This document shows, piece after piece, positions 1-13,876 of a stretch of DNA of 64,000 nucleotides (position 1 is the stretch's first letter; every line of letters begins with the position of its first letter). The stretch lies in the NCBI GenBank assembly GCA_020743695.1, contig DYUK01000081.1, positions 154-64,153 on the forward strand, read 5' to 3'. The notes beneath the pieces were generated by a model. It worked only from the letters and a program-made list of their open reading frames with translations, did not search any database and was not told where the DNA came from. Source of the stretch: Brevibacterium senegalense. Lineage in GTDB: Bacteria > Actinomycetota > Actinomycetes > Actinomycetales > Brevibacteriaceae. Position numbers and translations under genes: made by a program.

Positions 1-2
1 CC

Positions 3-3022
<3,020 letters not shown>

Positions 3023-3026
<4 letters not shown>

Positions 3027-3871
3027 GCACGACCCCGGACCGTCTGCGCGCGGCCCTGCGGGGCAGCCCCCTGTGCGTGGGCATCGACCCGCACCCGGGG
3101 GAGCTGACCGCCTGGGGCCTGGCGGACTCCGCGGACGGGGCGCGCACGTTCGCGCTGCGTCTCCTCGAGGCCGCGGGCGCGGGCGGTGCCGGGGTCGTCA
3201 AGCCGCAGGTCGCGCTCTTCGAGCGCTTCGGCGCGCGGGGCTTCGCGGTGCTCGAGGAAGTGCTGGCGGCCGCCCGCGACCTCGACCTCCTCACGATCGC
3301 GGACGCGAAGCGCGGCGACATCGGGTCGACGATGGCGGGCTACGCGGACGCGTGGATCCGGCGCGACTCCCCGCTGCGGGCGGACGCCGTCACGGTCTCG
3401 CCCTACCTGGGCTTCGCCTCGCTGCGACCGGTGCTCGACCTGCTCGAGGAGGAGGACGCGCTCGTCTTCGCGCTCGCGCTCACCTCGAACCCGTCGGGGC
3501 CGGAGGTCCAGCACGCGCGGGGAGAGGACGGCGAGCCCGTGGGCGGGACGATGCTGCGGCTGGCCGCGCAGGAGAACGCGACACGCCCGGGTCGGGTGGG
3601 GGTCGTCGTCGGCGCGACGATCGGCCCCGCCGCCCGGGCGCTGGGCCTGGACGCGGGGGCGTTCCCCGGCCCCGTCCTCACACCCGGATACGGGGCGCAG
3701 GGTGCGACCGCCGCGGATCTCGCCCGGCTCTTCGGGCCGGTCGCCGCGGACCACCGGCTGGCGGTCAACGCCTCGCGGGGGATCAGCGGCGCGGGGAACG
3801 ATCCGGCGGACCTGCGCCGCAGGATCGCGCAGATCACTGCTGAACTCGGCGCCCACCTCAGCGTAGACTGA
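3023..3871 (+). CDS. pyrF: Orotidine-5'-phosphate decarboxylase
   Basis: [44 protein letters not shown] motifs; ATGA overlap with carB. Confidence 0.95.
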
Positions 3872-3926
3872 GGCGCAGACGCCCGGCGCAGGGGGTCTGC
3901 ACCCAACGGGACGAGGAGGCACGGCA

Positions 3927-4241
3927 GTGGCACTACCGCAGCTGACCCCGCAGGAGAGGGAGGCCGCTCTCGACAAGGCATTCGCCGCCAGACAGGCGCG
4001 TGCCGAGGTCAAGGCGGCCCTCAAGAACGGAGACATGACACTGTCCGCAGTGCTGGAGAAGGCAGTCGGCGACGAGTCGCTGTCGAAGATGAAGGTCCAC
4101 GATCTGCTCCGCTCGATGCCCGGCGTGGGCGAGCGGCGCGCGACCGCGCTCATGGAGGAGTTCGGGATCGCCGCCTCGCGCCGCATCAAGGGGCTGGGCG
4201 TGCACCAGAAGTCGGCTCTGCTCGAGCGCTTCCCCGGATGA
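3927..4241 (+). CDS. mihF: Actinobacterial integration host factor (mIHF/sIHF)
   Basis: [15 protein letters not shown]...[34 protein letters not shown]; position between pyrF and gmk. Confidence 0.95.
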   Translation: MALPQLTPQEREAALDKAFAARQARAEVKAALKNGDMTLSAVLEKAVGDESLSKMKVHDLLRSMPGVGERRATALMEEFGIAASRRIKGLGVHQKSALLERFPG

Positions 4242-4798
4242 GCCGACTGACAGTGCTGGCCGGCCCCACCGCGGTCGGCAAGGGCACCGTGAGCGCGCGC
4301 ATCCGCGAGGCGCACCCGGAGGTGTGGTTCTCCGTGTCCGCGACGACGCGGCAGCCGCGCCCCGGCGAGATCGACGGCGTGCACTACCACTTCGTGACGG
4401 ATGCGGAGTTCGACCGGATGATCGCGGACGGCGAGATGCTGGAGCACGCCGTCGTGCACGGCCGCAACCGGTACGGCACGCTGCGCGGCCCCGTGCAGGA
4501 GCAGATCGACGCTGGCGGTGCGCCGCTGCTGGAGATCGACCTGCAGGGTGCCCGCCAGGTGCGCGAGGCGATGCCGGAGGCGCTCTTCGTCTTCCTCGCG
4601 CCGCCCAGCTGGGACGAGCTCGTCCGCCGCCTCGTGGGGCGCGGGACGGAATCGGAGGAGGAGCAGGAGCGCCGACTCGCGACCGCCCGCGTCGAGCTCG
4701 AGGCGGAGAAGGAGTTCGACGTGACCATCGTCAACCGCGATGTGAGCGAGGCGGCGCGCGAACTAGTAGACTTGATGGGACTCGCGGACCGGGACTGA
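4238..4798 (+). CDS. gmk: Guanylate kinase
   Basis: [10 protein letters not shown]-loop, [33 protein letters not shown]. Confidence 0.97.
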   Translation: MSRLTVLAGPTAVGKGTVSARIREAHPEVWFSVSATTRQPRPGEIDGVHYHFVTDAEFDRMIADGEMLEHAVVHGRNRYGTLRGPVQEQIDAGGAPLLEIDLQGARQVREAMPEALFVFLAPPSWDELVRRLVGRGTESEEEQERRLATARVELEAEKEFDVTIVNRDVSEAARELVDLMGLADRD

Positions 4799-4845
4799 CT
4801 CCCGACCGCCCCCTTCACCCGCCGTCCACCCCGTTTGGAGAGCCA

Positions 4846-5235
4846 GTGGCACACACCCCCGAAGGCATCACGTTCCCCCCGATCGACGACCTGCTGGCCG
4901 TCACGGACTCGAAGTACGAGCTCGTCATCCAGAGCTCGCGCCGCGCGCGTCAGATCAACTCGTACTACGCGCAGCTGCAGGAGGGCCTCCTGGAGAACGT
5001 GGGCCCCCTCGTGACCCCGGAGCCCAACGAGAAGCCGCTGTCGATCGCGCTGCGCGAGATCCACGAGGGCAAGCTCATCATGCGCGAGCCCACGGAGGCG
5101 GACTTCGCCCCCGTCACGGACCTCGACTACGGCCACGACTTCTCGTTCGACGAGGCCTTCGGCGGTGACGCCTTCGGCGGCGACAGCGCCATCACGACCA
5201 CGACCGACACCGCCGCGGACCCGACCGCGGAATGA
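4846..5235 (+). CDS. rpoZ: RNA polymerase omega subunit
   Basis: GTG start after GGAG at 4837-4840. [38 protein letters not shown] motif; the ORF-track start at 4324 is too far upstream. Confidence 0.95.
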   Translation: MAHTPEGITFPPIDDLLAVTDSKYELVIQSSRRARQINSYYAQLQEGLLENVGPLVTPEPNEKPLSIALREIHEGKLIMREPTEADFAPVTDLDYGHDFSFDEAFGGDAFGGDSAITTTTDTAADPTAE

Positions 5236-6506
5236 GGATCGTCCTCGGGGTCACCGGCGGCATCGCGGCCTACAAGGCCGCGCACGTGCTCCGGGGTCTG
5301 AGGGAGCAGGGCCACGAGGTCCGCGTCGTCCCCACGGAGGCGGCCCTGCAGTTCGTGGGGCGGCCCACGTGGGAGGCCCTCAGCGGCCAGCCGGTCTCCA
5401 CGACCGTGTTCGACGGCGTCGAGCGCGTCGAGCACGTGCGGATCGGTCACGAGGCCCAGCTCGTCGTCATCGCCCCGGCCACCGCGGACCTGCTGGCCCG
5501 TGCCCGCGCCGGCATCGCGGATGACCTCCTCACCGCCACGCTGCTGACGGCCACGTGCCCCGTCGTCGCGGCGCCGGCGATGCACACACAGATGTGGGAG
5601 AACCCCGCGACCGTCGAGAACGTCGCGGTGCTGCGGGACCGCGGCTGGACCGTCATCGAACCGGCCTCGGGCCGTCTCACCGGTCAGGACTCGGGTCCCG
5701 GTCGGCTGCCGGAGCCGGACGAGATCATCGCCGCCGCCCTCGCCGCCGTGCCCGGACCCGCCGTCGACTCCGGCCGCCCGGCCACACCCGCCGCGGCCGC
5801 GGAGCCCGGCCCCCTGCACGGTGCCTCGGTGGTCGTGACCGCCGGCGGCACCCGGGAACCGCTGGACCCCGTCCGCTTCCTGGGCAACCGCTCCTCCGGC
5901 AAGCAGGGCGCGGCGCTGGCCGCCGCCGCCGCGTCCGCCGGTGCGGACACGACGCTCATCGCCGCGAACGTCGACTCCCAGGTGCTCGCCGCGCTGCCCG
6001 CGGACGTCGCCGTCGACACCGTCTCGACGACGGAGGAGCTGCAGGCCGCGTGCGTCGTCCACGCGTCGACCGCGGACGTCATGATCATGGCCGCGGCCGT
6101 CGCGGACTACCGCCCCGCGCAGACCGCGGAGCACAAGATGAAGAAGTCCGGCGACGGCCTCGTCCTGGACCTCGTGGAGAACCCGGACATCCTGCGCGGT
6201 CTCGTCGAGGACCGCGAGGCGGGCCGCAGCCGCACCGGCCAGCTGCTCGTGGGCTTCGCGGCGGAGACCGGCACCCCGGAGCGACCCGCTGCGGTCCTGG
6301 CGCAGGAGAAGCTCCTGCGCAAGGGGTGCGACCTCCTCGTCTTCAACGATGTGTCCGGCGACCGCGCCTTCGGCCAGGACGACAACACCGTCATCGTGTA
6401 CCGCCCCGCGGACTCGGGCGCGCAGGAGGTCGTGCGCAGCACCGGGACGAAGGCGGATGTGTCCCACGATGTCATCGCGGCGGTCATCGCCGAACGCACT
6501 CGCTAG
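5232..6506 (+). CDS. coaBC: Bifunctional phosphopantothenoylcysteine decarboxylase/ligase
   Basis: [59 protein letters not shown]. Confidence 0.97.
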   Translation: MRIVLGVTGGIAAYKAAHVLRGLREQGHEVRVVPTEAALQFVGRPTWEALSGQPVSTTVFDGVERVEHVRIGHEAQLVVIAPATADLLARARAGIADDLLTATLLTATCPVVAAPAMHTQMWENPATVENVAVLRDRGWTVIEPASGRLTGQDSGPGRLPEPDEIIAAALAAVPGPAVDSGRPATPAAAAEPGPLHGASVVVTAGGTREPLDPVRFLGNRSSGKQGAALAAAAASAGADTTLIAANVDSQVLAALPADVAVDTVSTTEELQAACVVHASTADVMIMAAAVADYRPAQTAEHKMKKSGDGLVLDLVENPDILRGLVEDREAGRSRTGQLLVGFAAETGTPERPAAVLAQEKLLRKGCDLLVFNDVSGDRAFGQDDNTVIVYRPADSGAQEVVRSTGTKADVSHDVIAAVIAERTR

Positions 6507-6509
6507 GAT
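6504..6509 (+). promoter_or_regulatory. -10 element (TAGGAT) for leaderless metK, overlapping the coaBC stop codon
   Basis: TANNNT hexamer 6 nt before the GTG; no Shine-Dalgarno. Confidence 0.65.
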
Positions 6510-6515
6510 GAACCT

Positions 6516-7718
6516 GTGACTTCTCCCTATCTGCGCCACTTCACGTCCGAATCCGTGACGGAAGGCCACCCGGACAAGATCTGCGACCAGATCAGCGACG
6601 CCGTCCTCGACTCGCTGCTGGCCCAGGACCCCTCGTCGAAGGTCGCGGTCGAGACCCTCGTGACGACCGGCCTCGTCCACGTCGCCGGGGAGGTGAAGTC
6701 CTCCGGCTACGCGGACGTCGCCTCGATCGTGCGCGACGTCATCACCGGGATCGGCTACGACTCCTCCGACAAGGGCTTCGACGGGCACAGCTGCGGCGTG
6801 TCCGTGTCGATCGGCGCGCAGTCCTCGGACATCAGCGCGGGCGTCGAGAACTCGTTCGAGCGCCGCTCGGGCACCTCCGACGACTCCGACCACGGCACCT
6901 CGCTGGGCGCGGGCGACCAGGGCCTCATGTTCGGGTACGCGGACGACACGACGGACGCGCTCATGCCCCTGCCCATCCACATCGCGCACCGGCTGTCGGA
7001 GCGTCTGGCGCACGTCCGCAAGGAGGGCACGCTGCCGTACCTGCGCCCGGACGGCAAGACGCAGGTGACGATCGGCTACGACGGGGACGAGGCCGTCAGC
7101 CTCGAGGCCGTCGTCGTCTCGACCCAGCACGATCGCCACGTGTCGCAGGAGCAGCTGTCCGCGGACGTGACGGAGGCGGTCATCCGCCCCGTGCTGGCGG
7201 ACTTCGAGCTCGAGACTTCGGGCACCACGCACTACATCAACCCGGCCGGCGCGTTCGTGATCGGCGGCCCCATGGGCGATGCGGGCCTGACGGGCCGCAA
7301 GATCATCGTCGACACGTACGGGGGCTTCGCCCGCCACGGCGGCGGCGCCTTCTCCGGCAAGGACCCCTCGAAGGTCGACCGCTCCGGCGCGTACGCGATG
7401 CGCTGGGTCGCGAAGAACGTCGTCGCCGCGGGACTGGCCCGGCGCGCGGAGGTCCAGGTCGCGTACGCGATCGGCCGCAGCGAGCCGGTGGGCCTCTACG
7501 TCGAGACCTTCGGCACGGAGCAGGCGGACCCCGCCCGCATCGCGGCGGCGATCCGCGAGGTCTTCCCGCTGCGTCCGGCGGAGATCATCCGCGAGCTGGA
7601 GCTCGTCCGTCCCGTCTACTCGCAGACCTCGACCTACGGCCACTTCGGCCGCACCGGCGACGCCTTCACGTGGGAGACCACGGACCGGGCCCAGGCGCTC
7701 GCGTCCCTCGTGGGCTGA
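6516..7718 (+). CDS. metK: S-adenosylmethionine synthetase
   Basis: [53 protein letters not shown]. Confidence 0.98.
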   Translation: MTSPYLRHFTSESVTEGHPDKICDQISDAVLDSLLAQDPSSKVAVETLVTTGLVHVAGEVKSSGYADVASIVRDVITGIGYDSSDKGFDGHSCGVSVSIGAQSSDISAGVENSFERRSGTSDDSDHGTSLGAGDQGLMFGYADDTTDALMPLPIHIAHRLSERLAHVRKEGTLPYLRPDGKTQVTIGYDGDEAVSLEAVVVSTQHDRHVSQEQLSADVTEAVIRPVLADFELETSGTTHYINPAGAFVIGGPMGDAGLTGRKIIVDTYGGFARHGGGAFSGKDPSKVDRSGAYAMRWVAKNVVAAGLARRAEVQVAYAIGRSEPVGLYVETFGTEQADPARIAAAIREVFPLRPAEIIRELELVRPVYSQTSTYGHFGRTGDAFTWETTDRAQALASLVG

Positions 7719-7722
7719 ACCC

Positions 7723-9753
7723 GTGCAGCCCGCGCTGCTGGGGGACGAGGAACCGCAGCTGCGTCTGCGCGGCGGCCGCACGCCGGCGCCCGCCCTGCCG
7801 GTGGCGCGCGTGCTCCTCGAGACCCCCGTCCCGCACCTGGCGCGCCCGTTCGACTTCGGGGTGACGGAGTCCCAGGACGCCGAGGCCGTGCCCGGTGTCC
7901 GCGTGCGCGTCCGGTTCTCCGGCCGCCTCGTCTCCGGCTTCCTCCTCGAGCGCACGGACTCGACGGACGTGACCGGTCCGCTGGCGCCGCTCGAGCGCGT
8001 CGTCTCACCCGTCGCCGTGGCGGACGCAGAGGTGCTGTCGCTGGCGCGCGCCGTCGCGCAGCGGTGGGCGGGCACCCTCCCGGACGTCCTGCGACTGGCG
8101 ATCCCACCGCGCCACGCGGCGGGGGAGGCGAGCGCGCTGGCCGCGATCGCACGACTCGAGTCGGAGCCGCCCGTGGCCCTCGACCCCGTCGCGCCGCCTG
8201 CGGACGCACCGGCCGCTCTGCACGCGTACCTCGCCGCGCTCCAGACTTGGCTGGAGCAGCCCGGTGACCAGGACGGACCGCGCGCGGCCGCCGCGCTGAC
8301 CCCGGCCTCGGAACCGGGGACCGGGTGGATCACGGTCGGCCTGGCCGCAGTGCACCGGACGATCGCGGCGGGTCGCTCCGTTCTGTGGATCGTGCCGGAC
8401 CACCGTGAACTCGATGCGCTCGAGGCCCGCCTGGGCGACCTCGCGTCCCGCACCGTGAGGCTGTCCGCGGATCAGGGACCGCAGGCGCGCTGGTCGAACT
8501 GGGTGCGCGCGCACGCGGGAGCGGCCCGCCTCGTCATCGGCACCCGCGCAGCCGCACTCGCACCCCTGCGGGAGCCGGGTCTCGTCCTCCTCGTCGAGGA
8601 CGGCAGCGACCACTACGTCGAACCGCGGGCCCCGTACCCGCACGCCCGCGAGGTCTGCCTGCTGCGGGTGCGGGAGTCCGGTGCCGCGCTCCTCCTCCTC
8701 GACCACACCCGCACCGTCGAGGTGCAGGACCTCGTGGAGTCCGGCTGGATCGGCTCGATCGACCGGCCCCGGGAGGAGCGGCGGGCCACGGCCCCGCTCG
8801 TCCTCCTGCCGCACGCGGACACCCCGTCCGAGCGCATGCCGCCGGAGGCCTTCGACCTCATCCGCGGCGCGCTGGGCCGGACGAAGCGGGAGACCGCGCA
8901 GGGCCCGGTCCTCGTCCAGGTGCCACGCGCCGGCTATCTGCCCGTCGTCGCGTGCGCACGCTGCGGGGACCTGCTCGACTGCCCCCGCTGCGAGGCGCGC
9001 ATCGCGGCCGCCGGCGCCGCGGGACCCTTCGCGTGCGCCCACTGCGGACTGCGCGAGGAGCACCTGAGCTGCCCGCGCTGCCGCAGCACCCGCGTGCGCG
9101 CGGTCGTGCGGGGACTCGAGCGGACCGTGGAGGAGCTCACCCGTGCCTTCGCGGCCGTCCCCGTCATCCGCTCGGGCGGGGAGCACATCGTGGGCTCCGT
9201 CGACTCCGCACCGGCCATCGTCGTCGCGACGACCGGGGCGGAGCCGTACGCGGAGGGGGGCTACGCCGCGGCGCTGCTGCTCGACTCGCTGTGGCCGGGC
9301 CCGGGCCTCGACGGCGTGAGCCGCGCGATCGCCCGCCGGCTGCGCGCCCTCGCCCTGGTGCGGGGCGCGTCCGCGGGCGGTCGGGCACTCGTCCTCGACA
9401 CGACGGACGTCGTCGTGCGTATCCTCCAGACCTTCGACCCCGTCCGGCACGCGCATCTGGAACTGCGCGACCGGCAGACGACGGGCCTGCCGCCCACCAC
9501 CCGCACGGTCCGGTTGACCGGCCCCCGCACGGAGGTCCGCGCGGTGCAGGCGCGCCTCGAGGCGGAGACGGGGGAGGGCGTCCTCACCCCGCTGCTGAGC
9601 CAGGACGAGGGGGAGGAGAGGACGCTGCTGCTGTCCTTCGCCCGCGGTGACTCCGCACCGGTGTCCGCGGCGCTCACCGCCACGGCAGCGCACCGATCGG
9701 CGGCATCCCTGCCGGTCGTCCGGCACGTCGTCGACCCGGTCGACGCACTGTGA
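7723..9753 (+). CDS. priA: Primosomal protein N' (actinobacterial type, degenerate helicase motifs)
   Basis: HLARPFDF...PGVRVRVRFSGR N-terminus; four CxxC zinc motifs (CARC, CPRC, CAHC, CPRC); position between metK and fmt. Confidence 0.9.
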   Translation: MQPALLGDEEPQLRLRGGRTPAPALPVARVLLETPVPHLARPFDFGVTESQDAEAVPGVRVRVRFSGRLVSGFLLERTDSTDVTGPLAPLERVVSPVAVADAEVLSLARAVAQRWAGTLPDVLRLAIPPRHAAGEASALAAIARLESEPPVALDPVAPPADAPAALHAYLAALQTWLEQPGDQDGPRAAAALTPASEPGTGWITVGLAAVHRTIAAGRSVLWIVPDHRELDALEARLGDLASRTVRLSADQGPQARWSNWVRAHAGAARLVIGTRAAALAPLREPGLVLLVEDGSDHYVEPRAPYPHAREVCLLRVRESGAALLLLDHTRTVEVQDLVESGWIGSIDRPREERRATAPLVLLPHADTPSERMPPEAFDLIRGALGRTKRETAQGPVLVQVPRAGYLPVVACARCGDLLDCPRCEARIAAAGAAGPFACAHCGLREEHLSCPRCRSTRVRAVVRGLERTVEELTRAFAAVPVIRSGGEHIVGSVDSAPAIVVATTGAEPYAEGGYAAALLLDSLWPGPGLDGVSRAIARRLRALALVRGASAGGRALVLDTTDVVVRILQTFDPVRHAHLELRDRQTTGLPPTTRTVRLTGPRTEVRAVQARLEAETGEGVLTPLLSQDEGEERTLLLSFARGDSAPVSAALTATAAHRSAASLPVVRHVVDPVDAL

Positions 9754-9780
9754 CGGCGCCCGCGCACTAGACTCGGGGCC

Positions 9781-10722
9781 GTGAGAATCGTCTTCGCCGG
9801 CACCCCGCACGCGGCCGTGCCCTCCCTCGACGCCCTGCACGCGGACCACGACATCGTCGCGGTCCTCACCCGGCCGGACGCGCCCGTGGGACGCAAGCGG
9901 ATCCTCACCCCCAGCCCCGTCAAGCGTCGCGCCCAGGCCCTGGGCCTGCCCGTCCTCGAAGCCGACCGCCTGCGGGGCGAGGTCCTCGACCGGCTCGAGG
10001 AGCTCGAACCGGAGGCGGTCGCCGTCGTCGCGTTCGGCGCGATCGCCGGCCCCCGGGCGCTCGCGACCGCACGACTGGGCTGGTTCAACCTCCACTTCTC
10101 GCTCCTGCCCCAGTACCGGGGTGCCGCCCCCGTCCAGCGTGCCCTCATGGACGGCCGCACGGAGACGGGTCTGACCGTGTTCCGGATCGACACGGGGATG
10201 GACACGGGACCCGTGCTGCTGCAGCGGAGACTGCCGCTGCCGCAGGCGGACGCCGGCGACGTGCTGGCCGACTTCGCCGTGACCGGGGCAGGACTGCTGC
10301 GGGAGGCGTTCGCCCTGCTGGGAACGGGGGAGTCACAGCTCACCCCGCAGACGGGCGAGGCCGGCCACGCGCAGAAGATCGACCCGGACGAGGCCCGGCT
10401 CGACTTCGCGGATCCGGCGGCCGAGGTGCTGGCGCGCGCCCGCGGGGTCTCGCCCGCCCCCGGTGCGTGGACCCTGCTGGACGGCAGGCGGGCGAAGCTC
10501 GCCGCACTCACGGAGGCGGACGCGGACGATCCGCGCCCGGCGCCGGGGGCCCTGGCCGCCACCGCGGACGGCGGCGTCGTGGTGGGCGCCGGTGACGGGC
10601 CCGTGCGGATCGGCCGCATCCAGCCCTTCGGGAAGCCCGCCCGCGAGGCCGCGGACTTCCTGCGCGGCCGCCCCGACGCGGCCTTCGACCTCGCAGCACG
10701 GACGGGAGACGACCATGAGTGA
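9781..10722 (+). CDS. fmt: Methionyl-tRNA formyltransferase
   Basis: MRIVFAGTP, NLHFSLLPQYRGAAPVQRA, MDTGPVL. Confidence 0.96.
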   Translation: MRIVFAGTPHAAVPSLDALHADHDIVAVLTRPDAPVGRKRILTPSPVKRRAQALGLPVLEADRLRGEVLDRLEELEPEAVAVVAFGAIAGPRALATARLGWFNLHFSLLPQYRGAAPVQRALMDGRTETGLTVFRIDTGMDTGPVLLQRRLPLPQADAGDVLADFAVTGAGLLREAFALLGTGESQLTPQTGEAGHAQKIDPDEARLDFADPAAEVLARARGVSPAPGAWTLLDGRRAKLAALTEADADDPRPAPGALAATADGGVVVGAGDGPVRIGRIQPFGKPAREAADFLRGRPDAAFDLAARTGDDHE

Positions 10723-12163
10723 CGGACGACGCCGGCCCCACCGTCGGCAGGACGGCCGCTGGCAGGGCGGCGGGAAGCAGGGACCGCGGGACGTCGCCCT
10801 CGAGGTGCTCACGGAGGTCGACGCGGCGGACGCGTACGCGAACCTCCTGCTGCCGAACCGCCTGCGGCGGGCCGGGCTCGATCCCCGCGACTCCTCGCTG
10901 GCGACCGAACTCACCTACGGCACGCTCCGCGGCCTCGGCCTCTACGACGCGGTCGCCGTCGCCGCGGCGGACCGCCATCCGGCCGACCTCGACCCGCGCA
11001 CGGCCTCGGCCGTGCGGATGGGCGTCCACCAGCTGCTGAGCACCCGGATCGCGGACCACGCGGCGGTGTCGGAGACGATCGACGCGCTGCGGCGGGCCGG
11101 GGGCGGACGCGCCGCGGGACTCGTGAATGCGGTCCTGCGCCGAGTCGCGGAGCGGGACCATGACGGTTGGCTCGAGGAGGTCACCCGCGACCTGGCCGCG
11201 GACGAGGCCCTGGCGCTCACGACCTCCCACCCCGCCTGGATCGTGCGCGCGCTGCGCCTGGCCCTGCGCGGGCACGGCCGCGGCGGCGAGGGCGCGGAGG
11301 CCACGCTGCGCTCCGTGCTCGACGCGGACAACGCGCCGGCTCGCGTGAGCCTCGCGGCACTGCCCGGCCTGGCCGACCGCGACGAGCTCGCGGCGATGCA
11401 CCCGCAGCTGGTCCCCGGCGCGCTCTCGCCGCTGGGACTCGTCCTGGAGTCCGGCGACCCGCGCGACGTGCCCGGAGTCGAGGAGGCGCGGGTCCGGGTC
11501 CAGGACCAGGGCTCGCAGCTCATCGCCCTCGCGCTGGCGCACGCGGACAGCGCGGACCGGCCGCAGTGGCTCGACCTCTGCGCGGGTCCCGGCGGGAAGA
11601 CCGCCGTCCTGGGCGCGCTGGCCGCGGGACGGGGCGGCACGGTGCGGGCCGTCGACTCCTCCGCGCACCGGGCGCAGCTCGTGCGGGACTCGACCCGGGC
11701 CTCGGCGGACACCGTGACCGTCTCCACCGGTGACGGCCGCACGGCGGGTGAGACCCACCCGGGCGCGCACTCCGGCGTGCTCGTCGACGTCCCGTGCACC
11801 GGCCTGGGGGCGCTGCGCCGCCGCCCGGAGGCGCGGTGGCGCAGGCGACCGGACGACATCGCCGCACTCGCACCGCTGCAGAGCGCACTCCTGCGCTCCG
11901 CCCTCGCGGCGTGCCGCAGCGGGGGCGTCATCGCCTACTCGACGTGCTCGCCCCACTGGGCGGAGACCGCCGGCATCGTCGACGAGGTCGTCGAATCAGG
12001 CGACGTCGAGGTGCTCGACGCCGCCGCCGTCCTCGCGGAGGCGACCGGACGGGACGCGGAGTCGTTCGCGTCGGCCGCCCGCGGCGACGGACGGTACGCG
12101 CAGCTGTGGCCGGACCTCCACGGATCGGACGCGATGTTCCTCGCCCTGCTGCGGCGGCGCTAG
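10715..12163 (+). CDS. rsmB: 16S rRNA m5C967 methyltransferase RsmB/Sun (NusB-like N-terminus)
   Basis: ATG at 10715 after GGGAG. AYANLLLP..ELTYGTLR, DLCAGPGGKT, DVPCTGLGALRRRPE, YSTCS. Confidence 0.93.
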   Translation: MSDGRRRPHRRQDGRWQGGGKQGPRDVALEVLTEVDAADAYANLLLPNRLRRAGLDPRDSSLATELTYGTLRGLGLYDAVAVAAADRHPADLDPRTASAVRMGVHQLLSTRIADHAAVSETIDALRRAGGGRAAGLVNAVLRRVAERDHDGWLEEVTRDLAADEALALTTSHPAWIVRALRLALRGHGRGGEGAEATLRSVLDADNAPARVSLAALPGLADRDELAAMHPQLVPGALSPLGLVLESGDPRDVPGVEEARVRVQDQGSQLIALALAHADSADRPQWLDLCAGPGGKTAVLGALAAGRGGTVRAVDSSAHRAQLVRDSTRASADTVTVSTGDGRTAGETHPGAHSGVLVDVPCTGLGALRRRPEARWRRRPDDIAALAPLQSALLRSALAACRSGGVIAYSTCSPHWAETAGIVDEVVESGDVEVLDAAAVLAEATGRDAESFASAARGDGRYAQLWPDLHGSDAMFLALLRRR

Positions 12164-12172
12164 GCTGACCGC

Positions 12173-12850
12173 GTGGGACTACACATCAATCCGAGCATCC
12201 TGTCCGCCGACTTCGCGGACCTCACCGGTGAACTCGCGCGCATCAGCACCGCGGACATGGCGCACGTCGACGTCATGGACAACCACTTCGTGCCCAACCT
12301 CACGTTCGGGCCGCCGGTCGTCGAGCGGATCCGGGCGGTCTCGCCCATCCCGCTGGACGCCCACCTCATGATCGAGGACCCGGACACGTGGGCGCCCGTC
12401 TACGCGGAGATCGGGTGCGCGTCCGTCACCTTCCACCTCGAGGCCGCGACCGCCCCCGTCCGGCTCGCCCGCGAGCTGCGCGCGGCCGGGGCGAAGGCGA
12501 GCGTCGCGGTGCGGCCGGCGACCCCGATCGAACCGCTCATCGACCTCCTGCCGGAGTTCGACCAGATCCTCATCATGACGGTGGAGCCCGGGTTTGGCGG
12601 CCAGTCGTTCCTCGACGTGTGCCTGCCCAAGATCACCCGCATGCGGAAGGCGATCAGCGCCGCGGGGCTCGACGTCATGCTCCAGGTGGACGGCGGGATC
12701 TCCTCCTCGACGATCGAGCGGGCCGTCGAGGCCGGCGCGAACGTCCTGGTCGCCGGCTCCGCCGTCTACGGAGCGGAGAACGCCGAGCAGGCGATCGCGC
12801 AGCTGCGGGAGACGGGCCGGCAGGCGGCAGCCACCACCGCGGAGGACTGA
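12173..12850 (+). CDS. rpe: Ribulose-phosphate 3-epimerase
   Basis: [51 protein letters not shown]. Confidence 0.97.
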   Translation: MGLHINPSILSADFADLTGELARISTADMAHVDVMDNHFVPNLTFGPPVVERIRAVSPIPLDAHLMIEDPDTWAPVYAEIGCASVTFHLEAATAPVRLARELRAAGAKASVAVRPATPIEPLIDLLPEFDQILIMTVEPGFGGQSFLDVCLPKITRMRKAISAAGLDVMLQVDGGISSSTIERAVEAGANVLVAGSAVYGAENAEQAIAQLRETGRQAAATTAED

Positions 12851-12853
12851 GAC

Positions 12854-13525
12854 GTGTCGCTGCTCGACGTCCTCAACACCCCCGTCTTCACCCTCCTGGG
12901 CACGCCCGTCCCGTGGTCGGACCTCATCGGGAACATCTGCGCGATCGCGACCGTCTTCCTGGCGCTGCGGCGCAACATCTGGTCGTGGCCCGTGCAGATC
13001 CTGGGGTCCGTCCTGCTCCTGAGCGCCAGCATCGGCGCCGGGCTGGGCGGCAACGCCTCCCGTCAGGTCGTCATCATCGCGGCCGCGGTGTGGGGCTGGA
13101 CCCGGTGGAAGCAGGCGAAGGAGCAGACGGCCTCGGGCGAGGTCGAGGTCCGATGGGGGACGTGGACGGAACGGCTCCTGCTGCTGGGGTTCCTGCTCGT
13201 CGGCACCGTCGCGTTCGGCTCGCTCCTGGCGTGGGGCGGCTGGTCGTGGAACCCGTACCCGGACGCCTACATCTTCGTGGGCTCGCTCGCCGCGATGGTC
13301 GCCCAGGGGCGGGCGATCGTCGAGTTCTGGTTCGTGTGGCTCCTGGTCGACCTCGTGGGCATCCCGCTGGCCCTCATGGGCGGACTCGTGTTCTCCGGCG
13401 CCGTCTACCTCGTCTTCCTCGTCATGGTGATCGTCGGCATCATCGACTGGAGCCGCCGCTCCCGCCAGCGGATCGCCTCGCCCACCGATCTGTCCCCGGA
13501 CATCTCACGTCCCGACCCGACATGA
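12854..13525 (+). CDS. PnuC-family vitamin transporter, probably the riboflavin transporter PnuX/RibM
   Basis: About 7 hydrophobic segments with [39 protein letters not shown] PnuC signature. It occupies the usual rib-cluster position after rpe. Confidence 0.82.
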   Translation: MSLLDVLNTPVFTLLGTPVPWSDLIGNICAIATVFLALRRNIWSWPVQILGSVLLLSASIGAGLGGNASRQVVIIAAAVWGWTRWKQAKEQTASGEVEVRWGTWTERLLLLGFLLVGTVAFGSLLAWGGWSWNPYPDAYIFVGSLAAMVAQGRAIVEFWFVWLLVDLVGIPLALMGGLVFSGAVYLVFLVMVIVGIIDWSRRSRQRIASPTDLSPDISRPDPT

Positions 13526-13557
13526 CCGGCCCGCGGGCCCTGGACTACCCTGATCGT

Positions 13558-13821
13558 GTGAAGGACTTCGATTCCCTGTTCGCGGAACTCGCGCAGAAAG
13601 CACAGACCCGACCGGAGGGCTCGTCCACCGTGGCGGAGCTGGACGCGGGCATCCATCAGATCGGGAAGAAGGTCGTCGAGGAGGCGGCGGAGGTCTGGAT
13701 GGCCGCCGAATACCAGTCGGACGAGGAGCTCGCGGAGGAGATCTCGCAGGCGATCTACCACCTGCAGGTCATGATGATCGCCCGCGGACTCACGCCGGCG
13801 GACGTCTACCGACATCTCTGA
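13558..13821 (+). CDS. hisE: Phosphoribosyl-ATP pyrophosphatase
   Basis: GTG 13558; [48 protein letters not shown]. Confidence 0.95.
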   Translation: MKDFDSLFAELAQKAQTRPEGSSTVAELDAGIHQIGKKVVEEAAEVWMAAEYQSDEELAEEISQAIYHLQVMMIARGLTPADVYRHL

Positions 13822-13876
13822 CCCGGTCCCCACCCGCATCCACCACCCGGTCGAATCCTCCCAGGAGCCGCATTCC

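Noticed and set aside
9753-9781. Absence of def between priA and fmt
   Set aside because: def placement varies widely in Actinobacteria; not informative without the rest of the genome.
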